Shown: piece by piece, positions 50,568-59,646 of the stretch
Numbering within the stretch: the first letter of the stretch is position 1
Layout: every line of letters begins with the position of its first letter
Source: Chitinophagaceae bacterium
GTDB lineage: Bacteria; Bacteroidota; Bacteroidia; Chitinophagales; Chitinophagaceae
DNA length: 61,650 nucleotides
NCBI GenBank assembly: GCA_031378605.1
Contig: JANNEK010000009.1
Coordinates: 1-61,650 of the forward strand
Reading direction: 5' to 3'
Program-made: the position numbers and the translations under genes
Notes under the pieces: model-generated
What the model saw: only the letters and a program-made list of their open reading frames with translations
Databases searched by the model: none
What the model was told of the DNA's origin: nothing

Positions 50568-51557
50568 CTAAAGGGCGTTCTGGTATTTTTTACAGGCTTT
50601 TTCGATACTTATTTCTAAAGGAGTAAAGGAAAATCCCGGAAGAGTTTCCAGTAATTTACGATTGCTAAAGTTGGTTTTACTATGTGCAACTCTTGCAGAC
50701 TCTTTTGTTAAGAGTGGTTTTTTGCCAGAAAAAATAGATTTTATCCATTCTATTCGCCAGGCAACTTCTCCTAAAAATGGCGTGGCTTCGCGCCAGGGTT
50801 GTTTTTTTCCAAAGGCAGCAGCTATTGAATTGAATAATTTACGGAACGACCAGTTATCTCCATTAATAATAAATCGTTCATTGCTGATGGACGTTTCCAT
50901 TAGTAATACAATTGCCCTCGCCACATCTTCAACATCTACAAATCCATTGATACCATTACTGTACCATGGAAAAGTATCATAAACATTTTTAAATAGTTTG
51001 CAGCTCGAATTATTCCAATCACCATAACCAATAACCGTACTCGGATTTACAACCACCAGGCTCAACCCTTCACCCATTCCGCGCCATGCTTCCATTTCGC
51101 CACCATACTTAGTTTTCCCATAGTGGGTATTGGTAGAACTTTCCTCCCATTTTTTTTCTTCTGTTACAAGTTCTCCATTAGTTGTTCTTCCAACGGCAGC
51201 TACAGAACTGATATGTATAAACCGGGGAATATTATTTTCAATAGCAGCATTCACTACATTAGCAGTACCCTCAATATTTGTTTGATACATTACCTGTCGA
51301 TCGCTTTTATTAAACGAAACATGGGCAGCGGCATGTATCACTGCGTTAACATTCTTCATGGCTTCTTCCAAAATGACAACATCGAGAATATCTCCATCAA
51401 TCCATTCTACGTTTTCAAAAATGAAAGCAGGCAGGTAAGAAGGGATTTTTTTAGAACGCCGTAACGCTATTACCGAATAACCCTTTTCAACAAGTTCTTT
51501 AATAATATAGGATCCGAGAAATCCGGTGCCTCCTGTTATAAAAACTTGTTTCGACAA
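50568..51557 (-). CDS. NAD-dependent epimerase/dehydratase family protein
   Basis: ITGGTGFLG, HAAA, HISS, YGKTK; probable TTG start at 51557. Confidence 0.88.
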   Translation of the reverse strand: MSKQVFITGGTGFLGSYIIKELVEKGYSVIALRRSKKIPSYLPAFIFENVEWIDGDILDVVILEEAMKNVNAVIHAAAHVSFNKSDRQVMYQTNIEGTANVVNAAIENNIPRFIHISSVAAVGRTTNGELVTEEKKWEESSTNTHYGKTKYGGEMEAWRGMGEGLSLVVVNPSTVIGYGDWNNSSCKLFKNVYDTFPWYSNGINGFVDVEDVARAIVLLMETSISNERFIINGDNWSFRKLFNSIAAAFGKKQPWREATPFLGEVAWRIEWIKSIFSGKKPLLTKESARVAHSKTNFSNRKLLETLPGFSFTPLEISIEKACKKYQNAL

Positions 51558-51685
51558 ATTGATTGATTGATTGAAAAAGCGATTCGCAAAGATAATAAGG
51601 TTATCGTATTTGCTATTCAGGATATTGTTAAGATAAAGCAATGCCGCTTTTTTCCAACACAAGTAACCTTTCTATTTTATAACGG

Positions 51686-52531
51686 TTACTTATATAAATA
51701 ATATCCTTTCCCTGTTTTCTTCCCTAATTCGCCATTAGTAACTTTTTGCTGTTGAATTAAAGATGGTTTTAGGCGGAGGGGATTTCCCATTTGTTCATAT
51801 ACCGAACAGCTTACAGCATAATTAATATCGTTGCCAATAAGGTCCATTAACTTAAACGGACCCATTTTAAAACCCGAAGCTTCCATCAACTGATCAATAG
51901 TTTCAATAGTGGTTACTCCCTGCTCAACCAGCTTCAAGGCTTCGAGGTAATAGGGTCGGGCCACATGATTTACAATAAACCCGGGGGCATCTTTACAAAC
52001 AACAGGTGTTTTACCAAGTTGTTTAGCGAGTGAAATGACTGTATCCAATACTTCTTTTTTTGTTTGAGGAGCTTTTACTACTTCTACTAACTTCATTAAA
52101 GGTGCCGGATTAAAAAAATGCATACCAACTACCCGGGAAGGATGCATAACACCCGCAGCAATAGTTGAAACAGATAACGAAGAGGTATTGGTTGCAAAAA
52201 TCACTTCACTATGATTTACCTCTGCTAACTGATTGAAAAAACCAATTTTAATGGCAGCTTTTTCAACAATAGCCTCAATAAAAATATCGGCAATACAATC
52301 GTTTATTTCAGAAATATAATGAAGCAGACTTATTGAAGTTGCTTTTTGTAAAGCAGTTATTTTATTTTTTGATTCAAGAGAAGCTAAATTTTTTTCGATG
52401 GTTGCTTTGCCTTGTTGAAGAACGATTGGGGCAATATCATATAATAGTGTATGAAAGCCAGCCTGTGCACAAAGCTGTGCAATACCATTACCCATTGTAC
52501 CCGCTCCACAAACACAAATTGTTTGAATCAT
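51686..52531 (-). CDS. 3-hydroxyacyl(butyryl)-CoA dehydrogenase
   Basis: GAGTMGNGIA, EAIVE, TNTSS, GMHFFNP, MGPFKLMDLIG. Confidence 0.93.
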   Translation of the reverse strand: MIQTICVCGAGTMGNGIAQLCAQAGFHTLLYDIAPIVLQQGKATIEKNLASLESKNKITALQKATSISLLHYISEINDCIADIFIEAIVEKAAIKIGFFNQLAEVNHSEVIFATNTSSLSVSTIAAGVMHPSRVVGMHFFNPAPLMKLVEVVKAPQTKKEVLDTVISLAKQLGKTPVVCKDAPGFIVNHVARPYYLEALKLVEQGVTTIETIDQLMEASGFKMGPFKLMDLIGNDINYAVSCSVYEQMGNPLRLKPSLIQQQKVTNGELGKKTGKGYYLYK

Positions 52532-52631
52532 AAATAACGCTGTTGGCTAAATTATACGATAAAGATAAAGTAGTTATTGGGAGCAAAATTAATTCACAAT
52601 GTTCCGAAATGAAAAAGGATAAAACTCCTTT

Positions 52632-53684
52632 TTAAGCTATTTTATGATAAAGATATTCCTTAGAATTAGATAAATGTTTAATAGCTAATTCGATATGTTG
52701 TTGAGGAAAAATATTTTTCTTCCTGTCAGACCAAAGCTTTTGAAGAATCAGGGTAGAATCAAAACTGTTCTCTTGTTCAATGAGAAAATCAACAGTAGCT
52801 AATAGTTCTAGGCCATAAGGTGATTCAAAACCTTGGATAAACTTCGCTACTTCTTGCAACCTTTGTTGTTCTTCAAAACTTAGGGTATTTTTAATAAATT
52901 CTTGTACCTCACTGGCTTTTTCTACAATAATTTCCAACGGCTCAAATGGCTTGGCATTTTTTTGTTCAAAACCTTTCAGGTAATAACCATTTACAGCGTA
53001 TAGGACATGGCGAACTTTGCCAGAATAAGGACCGTAAACTCCTTTTTGAAAATTTAGTTTAAGCTGGCTTTCTCCAAAGCGCTGTAAAAAATAACTGAGT
53101 TTTTCAGCAGCAAATTCGCTTGTGAATTCCCCTAACGCTCTATAATGATATAAAAGCTGCAATAACATAGCCCTAACTGGTGTGAGCCTTGATGATGATG
53201 GCTTTTCTTCATTTTTTAGTATTTCCTGTACATCAGAAGATGGCTCGTATACTATTATATCGATAGTTAAATCACCCAAGGTTTTTTCTATTACCGGTTT
53301 TACTTCATTCCAATCTAACCCTCCGTTTCCACATCCAAGTGGTGGCAGAGCAATTGAAGTGATATTTGTTTCAACTATCTTTTGCTTCAAATCCTGAAGA
53401 CCTGATTTAATCCAGCTAAGTTTTGATGGATAACGCCAGTGCCCTTTCGTGGGGAAATTGACAATATACTTAACCGTCCCAATTGGATTAACCGGTACAA
53501 TTAAAACTTGCCCAAGCTTAACCTTGCCTTCTCTAACGGCGTCTGTATACGCTTTTGCATTTTCCGGAAAAGCATTTTTAAATTGTAATGCTATCCCTTT
53601 TCCCATTACACCTATTGTATTCACTGTGTTTACCAATGCATGAACAGATGCATCCAGTAAATTGCCTGTTTTATAAGTGATCAT
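52632..53684 (-). CDS. darG: DarG antitoxin (macrodomain DNA ADP-ribosyl glycohydrolase)
   Basis: VNTVNTIGVMGKGIALQFK, NFPTKGHW, PPLGCGNGGL, YGPYS, GFESPYGLELLATV. Confidence 0.92.
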   Translation of the reverse strand: MITYKTGNLLDASVHALVNTVNTIGVMGKGIALQFKNAFPENAKAYTDAVREGKVKLGQVLIVPVNPIGTVKYIVNFPTKGHWRYPSKLSWIKSGLQDLKQKIVETNITSIALPPLGCGNGGLDWNEVKPVIEKTLGDLTIDIIVYEPSSDVQEILKNEEKPSSSRLTPVRAMLLQLLYHYRALGEFTSEFAAEKLSYFLQRFGESQLKLNFQKGVYGPYSGKVRHVLYAVNGYYLKGFEQKNAKPFEPLEIIVEKASEVQEFIKNTLSFEEQQRLQEVAKFIQGFESPYGLELLATVDFLIEQENSFDSTLILQKLWSDRKKNIFPQQHIELAIKHLSNSKEYLYHKIA

Positions 53685-54310
53685 AATAGAGTTTGTGTGG
53701 ACTTATTCGAACTGGAATTTTTAATTGTAGTTTTGTTAGTAAAATTAACACTTTTTGTTCTGCTTCCTTGTCGAAGACGCTAATATACTGAATACAGGTT
53801 ACAGGTAAATGATCTTTAACCAGAAACTCCGCTTGTTTCTTTTCTTCGTAAGTCTGTTTCATCGCTTTTCCAGTGCGTGGTATAAATAGCATCCCAATCA
53901 AGCTTTTCAAAATCTTCTTCGCTAGTATATAATACACTTGTTGAACTGCGGGCATGTCCGTCTGTAAAAAAATACTTTAATTGATGTTCCTTTATAACGG
54001 GTACCGAACTGATATAATAGATGATATCTTTCTGTGGATATTGGGTTATATCCTCCCATCCAGTAGCTACTTGAAATAGCATCGGAGATCTCGGTCCAAG
54101 GTAAAATGGAATATAATCGGACAATGTACCACCAGGAGGGTTGGGAGCTGCAATATCTTTCCGATAAGTAATTAAGCTGCTATCACCAATTTGTAAAAAG
54201 TTTGGGTTCACATTAACCGATTTGGCAATACATAGTCCATATTTCATATCATGTTCCATATTAATTATATGGGTGATACGGTAAAGCCATATGGGTGATG
54301 GTACTGGCAT
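53671..54310 (-). pseudogene. darT: DarT toxin (DUF4433), split by a one-base frameshift
   Basis: YRITHI, YIPFYLGPRSPML, FTDGHA in one frame; KKQAEFLV...LYY in the next frame; junction at the A4 run 53840-53843. Confidence 0.88.
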
Positions 54311-54326
54311 TTTTTCATTGGGTTAA

Positions 54327-54815
54327 CTAATCAGCTTTTTTTACTAACCTATCAATTTCTTCCATTTTTGATGACAAGTGATTTTTAATAGATAATCTCA
54401 AGCGCCCTAAACGGATAGAGGTCAATTCCTGATGAGGTGGTTTGTCTTTTATAAACAGTGAAACTTTTTCGTTGGCGTTCTGGCTAAGCGTTGCTAATTT
54501 TTTATGGATTTCATTTTTTTCATCAAACTTCGGATAATAAATATCCAGATTTTTTTTATGTACTTGCCTTGCTTGAAAATCTTTCATCATTTCGTTAGGT
54601 GCGGTAGAGTTTAAAATTGAAGTTAAATAATACGCCTCTAATAAATTTTCGGTATAATAAACATATGTTGTATTCTCTACAATAAATTCCAATATATGAT
54701 CTTCTCTTTTTACATCTGTTGCATTTGCATCTTTTGCAGACGAATTATATAAAACCAGATATTGTGCAGAAAGATTCTGGTTAATTAATTTTATTAATTC
54801 GCTTTTGACTTTCAT
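54327..54815 (-). pseudogene. C-terminal relic of a large Type IIG/IIL-like R-M (N6-methyltransferase) protein
   Basis: YLVLYNSS, EAYYLTSILNS, KDFQAR.VHKK...PKFD...HKKLATLS; no methyltransferase or nuclease motifs upstream. Confidence 0.6.
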
Positions 54816-54971
54816 GAAAAGTATGGGAGTTGTATTTGCCGAAAGTGAATCAAGCGGTAAAGTTAAGTGACCGGTAAGCTATTTGCTGTTTTTGGACTAA
54901 TTGTTTGAACCACGATTTGGGGTGATTGTTGGGATTGTGAGGATAACACGGACTGGTTTAAGGTTTCCTGA

Positions 54972-55274
54972 TTATTTTTTCAATGCCTTTTTTTGAAGAA
55001 GTCTACGGGAATGATAAATAGTTAAGATGTGGATCTCGTCTTTAGTAACAATCCTGTATATAATCCGGTAATTACCCTCAATCAATTCCCGGATAGATTC
55101 TATTTTTAATTCAGGAACCACTCGGCCAATAAGCGGGAATTTTTCTAACGTTTCTGCTCGGCGAAAAAATTTTTCTACTTGAAGTGAAGCATAATATTTG
55201 GAATCAATGCTGATGTAGTTGGCAATATCTTCCAGGTCTGAAATGGATTGATCAGTGAATTTTATTTTAACCAT
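54972..55274 (-). CDS. RelE/ParE family toxin
   Basis: FTDQSISDLEDIANYI, FPLIGRVVPE, RELIEGNYRIIYR, IYHSRR. Confidence 0.9.
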   Translation of the reverse strand: MVKIKFTDQSISDLEDIANYISIDSKYYASLQVEKFFRRAETLEKFPLIGRVVPELKIESIRELIEGNYRIIYRIVTKDEIHILTIYHSRRLLQKKALKK

Positions 55275-55444
55275 TTTTTCAGCTTGGTTTTGGCTTCTTC
55301 TTTTGAACGAACTTTACCTTTTTCTGACTGATCTATGCCAATCCGTATTTTCTCTAACAATACGATACGTTCAATAACTTCTTCCGCATCAAATTTTGCA
55401 GGTAGGGTTTGTAAAGATTTCAATACTTCTTTTTTGGTAAGCAT
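55262..55444 (-). CDS. Small antitoxin of the ParE-type pair
   Basis: 60 aa, overlaps the toxin start; LLEKIRIGIDQSEKGKVRS.EEAK..KKW. Confidence 0.8.
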   Translation of the reverse strand: MLTKKEVLKSLQTLPAKFDAEEVIERIVLLEKIRIGIDQSEKGKVRSKEEAKTKLKKWLK

Positions 55445-55585
55445 TTTTAGAACTATTTGTTTAAAGATACAAAAAAATAATTCTGATATTCTAGATTAGT
55501 TTTTTGTATTTTTCCTTAGTTGGGTCTAATTTAATAGTTGTTTATTTAGTAGGTTTGAAATCTTATAAAACTAGGAATTTTAGAA

Positions 55586-55855
55586 ATGTGCAATTTTTGC
55601 AATAAAAACGATAGATATTCATTATCGCATAAAATTGAGAATGAACCACCTCAATATATAACCCTCAAGAATTATTTTAATAACAATCTTCAATTTGAAA
55701 TAGTTCTAAGTCTTTACAATTGGCAAAGTAATACGAATATTATTTATCAATGTTCATTTTGCAGTCAGCTTTGGAAAGTTGAATATCAAAGGGAAATTCT
55801 TAGTAACGAAGAATACTCTATTCTATCAAAAATATCATCAAAGATTAATTTATAA
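55586..55855 (+). CDS. Hypothetical protein with two CxxC motifs
   Basis: MCNFC...CSFC, ATG start, 89 aa. Confidence 0.55.
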   Translation: MCNFCNKNDRYSLSHKIENEPPQYITLKNYFNNNLQFEIVLSLYNWQSNTNIIYQCSFCSQLWKVEYQREILSNEEYSILSKISSKINL

Positions 55856-55857
55856 AC

Positions 55858-56271
55858 ATGAAAATGGAAGCGGTTGCTATAATTGTTACAATACTTGCTA
55901 TTATTTATTGGGTAAGTAAATATTTATCAAGGCAAGGAGAATTATTAAAAAAAGAGGATAAGCTGGAGATTATTCAAAGAACTCCCAATTATTTATTTAT
56001 AGATAAAATTGAATTTTACTTATCAATGTGTTCACTTCTTAAAAAATGTAGTGAAAACATTGGTACACTTAAGCTTAATAAAACCGAGTTGCAAGCTTTG
56101 ATATTGTTTACGCGAGTAAATAAGGATGCAGCATACAATAACATTTTGCAACATAAAATATATGTTGATCCTCGAATTGAAGGGATGAAATTTGATATTG
56201 ACAAAGTAAAATATTGTTCAGAAGGAGAATTATTAATAATATTTAATGAAGCCAGAAAACATCATTTATAA
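55858..56271 (+). CDS. Hypothetical single-pass membrane protein
   Basis: N-terminal TM helix; starts 2 nt after the previous ORF. Confidence 0.55.
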   Translation: MKMEAVAIIVTILAIIYWVSKYLSRQGELLKKEDKLEIIQRTPNYLFIDKIEFYLSMCSLLKKCSENIGTLKLNKTELQALILFTRVNKDAAYNNILQHKIYVDPRIEGMKFDIDKVKYCSEGELLIIFNEARKHHL

Positions 56272-56374
56272 TGAATTGGTAAATGGTATTTGCGATACCT
56301 TCTAAGTGCAGAAAATTTCCAGAATAACTTGGTAGCCAAATAATAACTACATAACGGAGGCATTAATGATTTTA

Positions 56375-56764
56375 TTATTCTTTTTGAAGGATATATCTCG
56401 TAATAAATATTTGATCTGCTTCTTTATTTAGATTGTTCAATCCCATCATCATATTTGAATTGGTAACAAGTTTATATCCTTTTTCTCCTGCTAATTTTAA
56501 AGCTTTTGTTATTTGTTCATTATTGGATATTAAAGCTTCGGTGTTAATAGTTGTTCCAATATTACAAGGCTTTAAGTCTATTGTTTGTGATTTGATTGAA
56601 TCAGAATAACTGATAATTAATTTTGGGGTATTCTTTGCTGCCGGAGCTAATGAGGGAATATAATAAATGTCATATACTGTAATGGTGCAAAATTTTATTT
56701 GTGCAGTTACTGCGTTTATAAACAGTATAAGAATTACATTTAGCAGAATAGCCTTATATTTCAT
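56375..56764 (-). CDS. Hypothetical secreted protein
   Basis: Signal peptide ending VTA-Q; GYKLV and RYILQKE tail. Confidence 0.65.
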   Translation of the reverse strand: MKYKAILLNVILILFINAVTAQIKFCTITVYDIYYIPSLAPAAKNTPKLIISYSDSIKSQTIDLKPCNIGTTINTEALISNNEQITKALKLAGEKGYKLVTNSNMMMGLNNLNKEADQIFITRYILQKE

Positions 56765-56776
56765 AAACCCCGTTTG

Positions 56777-57076
56777 TTATTTATTTATTTCATTGGTAAG
56801 ACAGTAAACTTCATTTTGATCAATGAAGATTTTGGAAACGACGTTTGTGTTGTTTTCGTCTTCATCTATTGTAATGCTTTTTTCTGTTGATATCCATTCC
56901 TTTATTTGTTTAATCATATTATCATAAATGGATTTTTCTTTCTTAACGTAAAGTGTAAAGTTCTTTAACGTATCAACTGAAGCTGGGTTATTTGCTGAAA
57001 AATATATTTTTACTAATCCAACCCCACTTGCGTTAAAGGCATGATTAGTGAGACTACAAATTTTATAGATAGGCAT
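56777..57076 (-). CDS. Hypothetical protein
   Basis: ATG start, 99 aa, 12 nt upstream of the co-oriented ORF. Confidence 0.55.
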   Translation of the reverse strand: MPIYKICSLTNHAFNASGVGLVKIYFSANNPASVDTLKNFTLYVKKEKSIYDNMIKQIKEWISTEKSITIDEDENNTNVVSKIFIDQNEVYCLTNEINK

Positions 57077-57237
57077 TTGCTTTTTTTAAAAGATATGCTA
57101 AGACTATTGTCGAACTATTCAGAATATTAGAATTCCTTTATTATAAATCTATTATTATTTGGCCATATAATGACTTTAGATTGCTGAATTTATAAATGGT
57201 CCGAAGCTTTTAAAAGTTTGAAACCATTGGTGTAAAG

Positions 57238-58269
57238 TTACGTCGCCGAAGTAAACTGCCTCAAAAACCTCACATCATTTTCACTAAATAACCTTATATC
57301 TGTAATGCCGTATTTTAATAGGGCAGGTCGCTCAATACCCATACCAAATGCAAATCCTGTATACTTTTCAGGATCAATACCGCAATTGGTGAGTACATTG
57401 GGATGAACCATTCCACAACCTAAAATTTCTAACCAACCCGTACGTTTACAGATCGAACATCCGCTTCCGCCGCAAATTTGACAACTGATATCCATTTCAG
57501 CACTCGGCTCTGTAAATGGGAAATAAGAAGGACGGAAACGAATTTTTATATGCTGCCCATACATTTCCTGAACAAAATAATAAAGAGTCTGTTTCAAATC
57601 AGCGAAGGAAACATTTTCATCAATATACAATCCCTCTACCTGATGAAAGAAACAATGAGAGCGTGCACTGATGGTTTCGTTACGATATACACGGCCCGGA
57701 CAAATAATTCGCAACGGTAATATTCCTTTTTCCATTTCGCGAATCTGTATGTTACTGGTATGAGTGCGAAGTAACCAATCTGGATTTTGCTGAATATAAA
57801 AAGTATCCTGCATATCACGTGCCGGATGATGTTCGGGAAGATTTAATGCAGTAAAGTTGTGAAAATCGTCTTCAATTTCTGGTCCTTCTGAAACAGAAAA
57901 TCCCAATCGTTGAAAAATAGAAATAATATGATTTTGCATTAAGCTAATTGGATGCCGGCTACCCAAGGGTAATACATCACCCGGTAAACTAAGATCAATG
58001 GAAGGTCCATCTGTAGTTTTGGTGTTATCCAATTGTTCTTTCCAGTTTTCGTACTTAGCTTCTGCAAATTGTTTGAATTCGTTGAGTAATTGTCCAAATT
58101 CCTTTTTCTTATCTACAGGTACATTTTTCATCTCGCCCATCAGGTTTTTTACAATACCCTTGGTGCCCAGGAATTTAATGCGGTAGGCTTCCAACGATTC
58201 TGCTCCATTAGATGGAATAGAACTTATTTCCTGCTTGTAATTTTCTATTTGCTGTAACAATTGATCCAT
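57238..58269 (-). CDS. pheS: Phenylalanine--tRNA ligase alpha subunit
   Basis: HHPARDMQDTFY, LRTHTS, FHQVEG, YFPFTEPS, GFAFGMGIER. Confidence 0.97.
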   Translation of the reverse strand: MDQLLQQIENYKQEISSIPSNGAESLEAYRIKFLGTKGIVKNLMGEMKNVPVDKKKEFGQLLNEFKQFAEAKYENWKEQLDNTKTTDGPSIDLSLPGDVLPLGSRHPISLMQNHIISIFQRLGFSVSEGPEIEDDFHNFTALNLPEHHPARDMQDTFYIQQNPDWLLRTHTSNIQIREMEKGILPLRIICPGRVYRNETISARSHCFFHQVEGLYIDENVSFADLKQTLYYFVQEMYGQHIKIRFRPSYFPFTEPSAEMDISCQICGGSGCSICKRTGWLEILGCGMVHPNVLTNCGIDPEKYTGFAFGMGIERPALLKYGITDIRLFSENDVRFLRQFTSAT

Positions 58270-58287
58270 GCTGCGAAGATAATAATT

Positions 58288-58396
58288 AGTCAGTAGCCGT
58301 AAGTTCAGAGTTGCGAGTCATATTCTCCGGACTCCGGACTAAAGACTCTGAACTTCCGACTACAGACTACTGGCTCCGGACTCTGAACTCTGAACA
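58288..58396. repeat. Inverted heptamer array
   Basis: Five AG(T/C)nnnn units facing ten nnnn(A/G)CT-type units (CCGGACT, CTGAACT, ACAGACT...). Confidence 0.8.
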
Positions 58397-58466
58397 TCCT
58401 GCTCTATCCACATCTGTTATTAAAAGCTCGCTCTCTGGTTGAATCATTACCTATAACTTGCATTGC

Positions 58467-59603
58467 ATGAGTGAATGGCAAAACCTTACAGATTTTCTGG
58501 ATCCAATAAGTTTATATCAATTATCGAACGACCGGGGATATAAAGATGGACAGATCGGCACCAAAGTACTGGCGCATGAGGAGGAGTTTCCCGACCTTGA
58601 TGAAGCAGATATAATAATAGTAGGTTGCAATGAAACCCGGGGAAGCTGGCAACTATTTTCAGAAAACAATGCACCCGACATCATTCGAAATCAATTTTAT
58701 TCCACCTACTATTGGCACAATGATATCCGGTTAGCAGATATAGGTAATATAAAACGAGGTGCTGAATTGAACGATACCTATGCCGCGTTAAAAACGATCC
58801 TAAGCGAGTTAACGGCTGCTGGAAAAACGGTAATCATATTAGGAGGATCTCACGATCTTACGTTGGCACAATATTATTCTTATGGCGATCGGAAAAAAGT
58901 AATTGAAGCGGTTTGTGTGGATGCATTGATTGATCTTAATCTTGATTCACTTAACCGAAGTGAGAATTTTTTGATGGAGATGCTAACCGGCGAACCCAAT
59001 TTCGTTAGGCATTACAATCATATCGGATTTCAAAGTTATTATGTTCATCCGCGCATGCTTGAAACGATGGATAAATTGCGATTTGATTGCTACCGGGTAG
59101 GAAATGTAAAGGAAAGTATTGATGAAATGGAACCGGTTATACGAAACTGTCAACTATTTAGTTTTGATCTTTCGGCCATTGCCTATGCCTATGCACCTTC
59201 ATTAAATATTTCTCCAAATGGATTTAGCGGCGAAGAAGCATGTACACTTATGCGTTATGCAGGGTTAAGCCCAAATGTAAATACCATTGGTATTTATGGG
59301 TATATTCCGGAACACGATAAAGATCAGTTGGCGGCTAAACAAATCAGTCATATGTTATGGTATTTGATGGATGGAAGGAGTAAGGGGCGCCGGGAATCTA
59401 AGCTCGATGAAAAAGATTCCTTTAATGAATACCATACAGCATTTGCAGAAGTAGCCACTACTTTTCTGCAAAGTAAAAAAACCGGCCGATGGTGGATGCA
59501 ATTGCCCGATCATAAGTTTATAGCCTGTTCGTATAAAGATTATTTATTGGCCAGTAGTAATGAAATACCCGAGCGATGGTTAAGGGCCCAGGAGCGAAGC
59601 TGA
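58467..59603 (+). CDS. Formimidoylglutamase/arginase family protein
   Basis: ADIGNI, LGGSHDLT, IGFQSY, SFDLSA, SPNGF, SKKTGRWW. Confidence 0.82.
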   Translation: MSEWQNLTDFLDPISLYQLSNDRGYKDGQIGTKVLAHEEEFPDLDEADIIIVGCNETRGSWQLFSENNAPDIIRNQFYSTYYWHNDIRLADIGNIKRGAELNDTYAALKTILSELTAAGKTVIILGGSHDLTLAQYYSYGDRKKVIEAVCVDALIDLNLDSLNRSENFLMEMLTGEPNFVRHYNHIGFQSYYVHPRMLETMDKLRFDCYRVGNVKESIDEMEPVIRNCQLFSFDLSAIAYAYAPSLNISPNGFSGEEACTLMRYAGLSPNVNTIGIYGYIPEHDKDQLAAKQISHMLWYLMDGRSKGRRESKLDEKDSFNEYHTAFAEVATTFLQSKKTGRWWMQLPDHKFIACSYKDYLLASSNEIPERWLRAQERS

Positions 59604-59646
59604 TCACTAAACTAAGATAGCAGTAATAACTTCTCACTTTTATAAA

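Noticed and set aside
53836-53850. Classical -1 programmed frameshift in darT
   Set aside because: Restoring the frame needs +1 (or -2), and no X-XXY-YYZ heptamer with a downstream structure is evident
57238-58269. pheS without adjacent pheT as an anomaly
   Set aside because: The two genes are commonly unlinked in Bacteroidota
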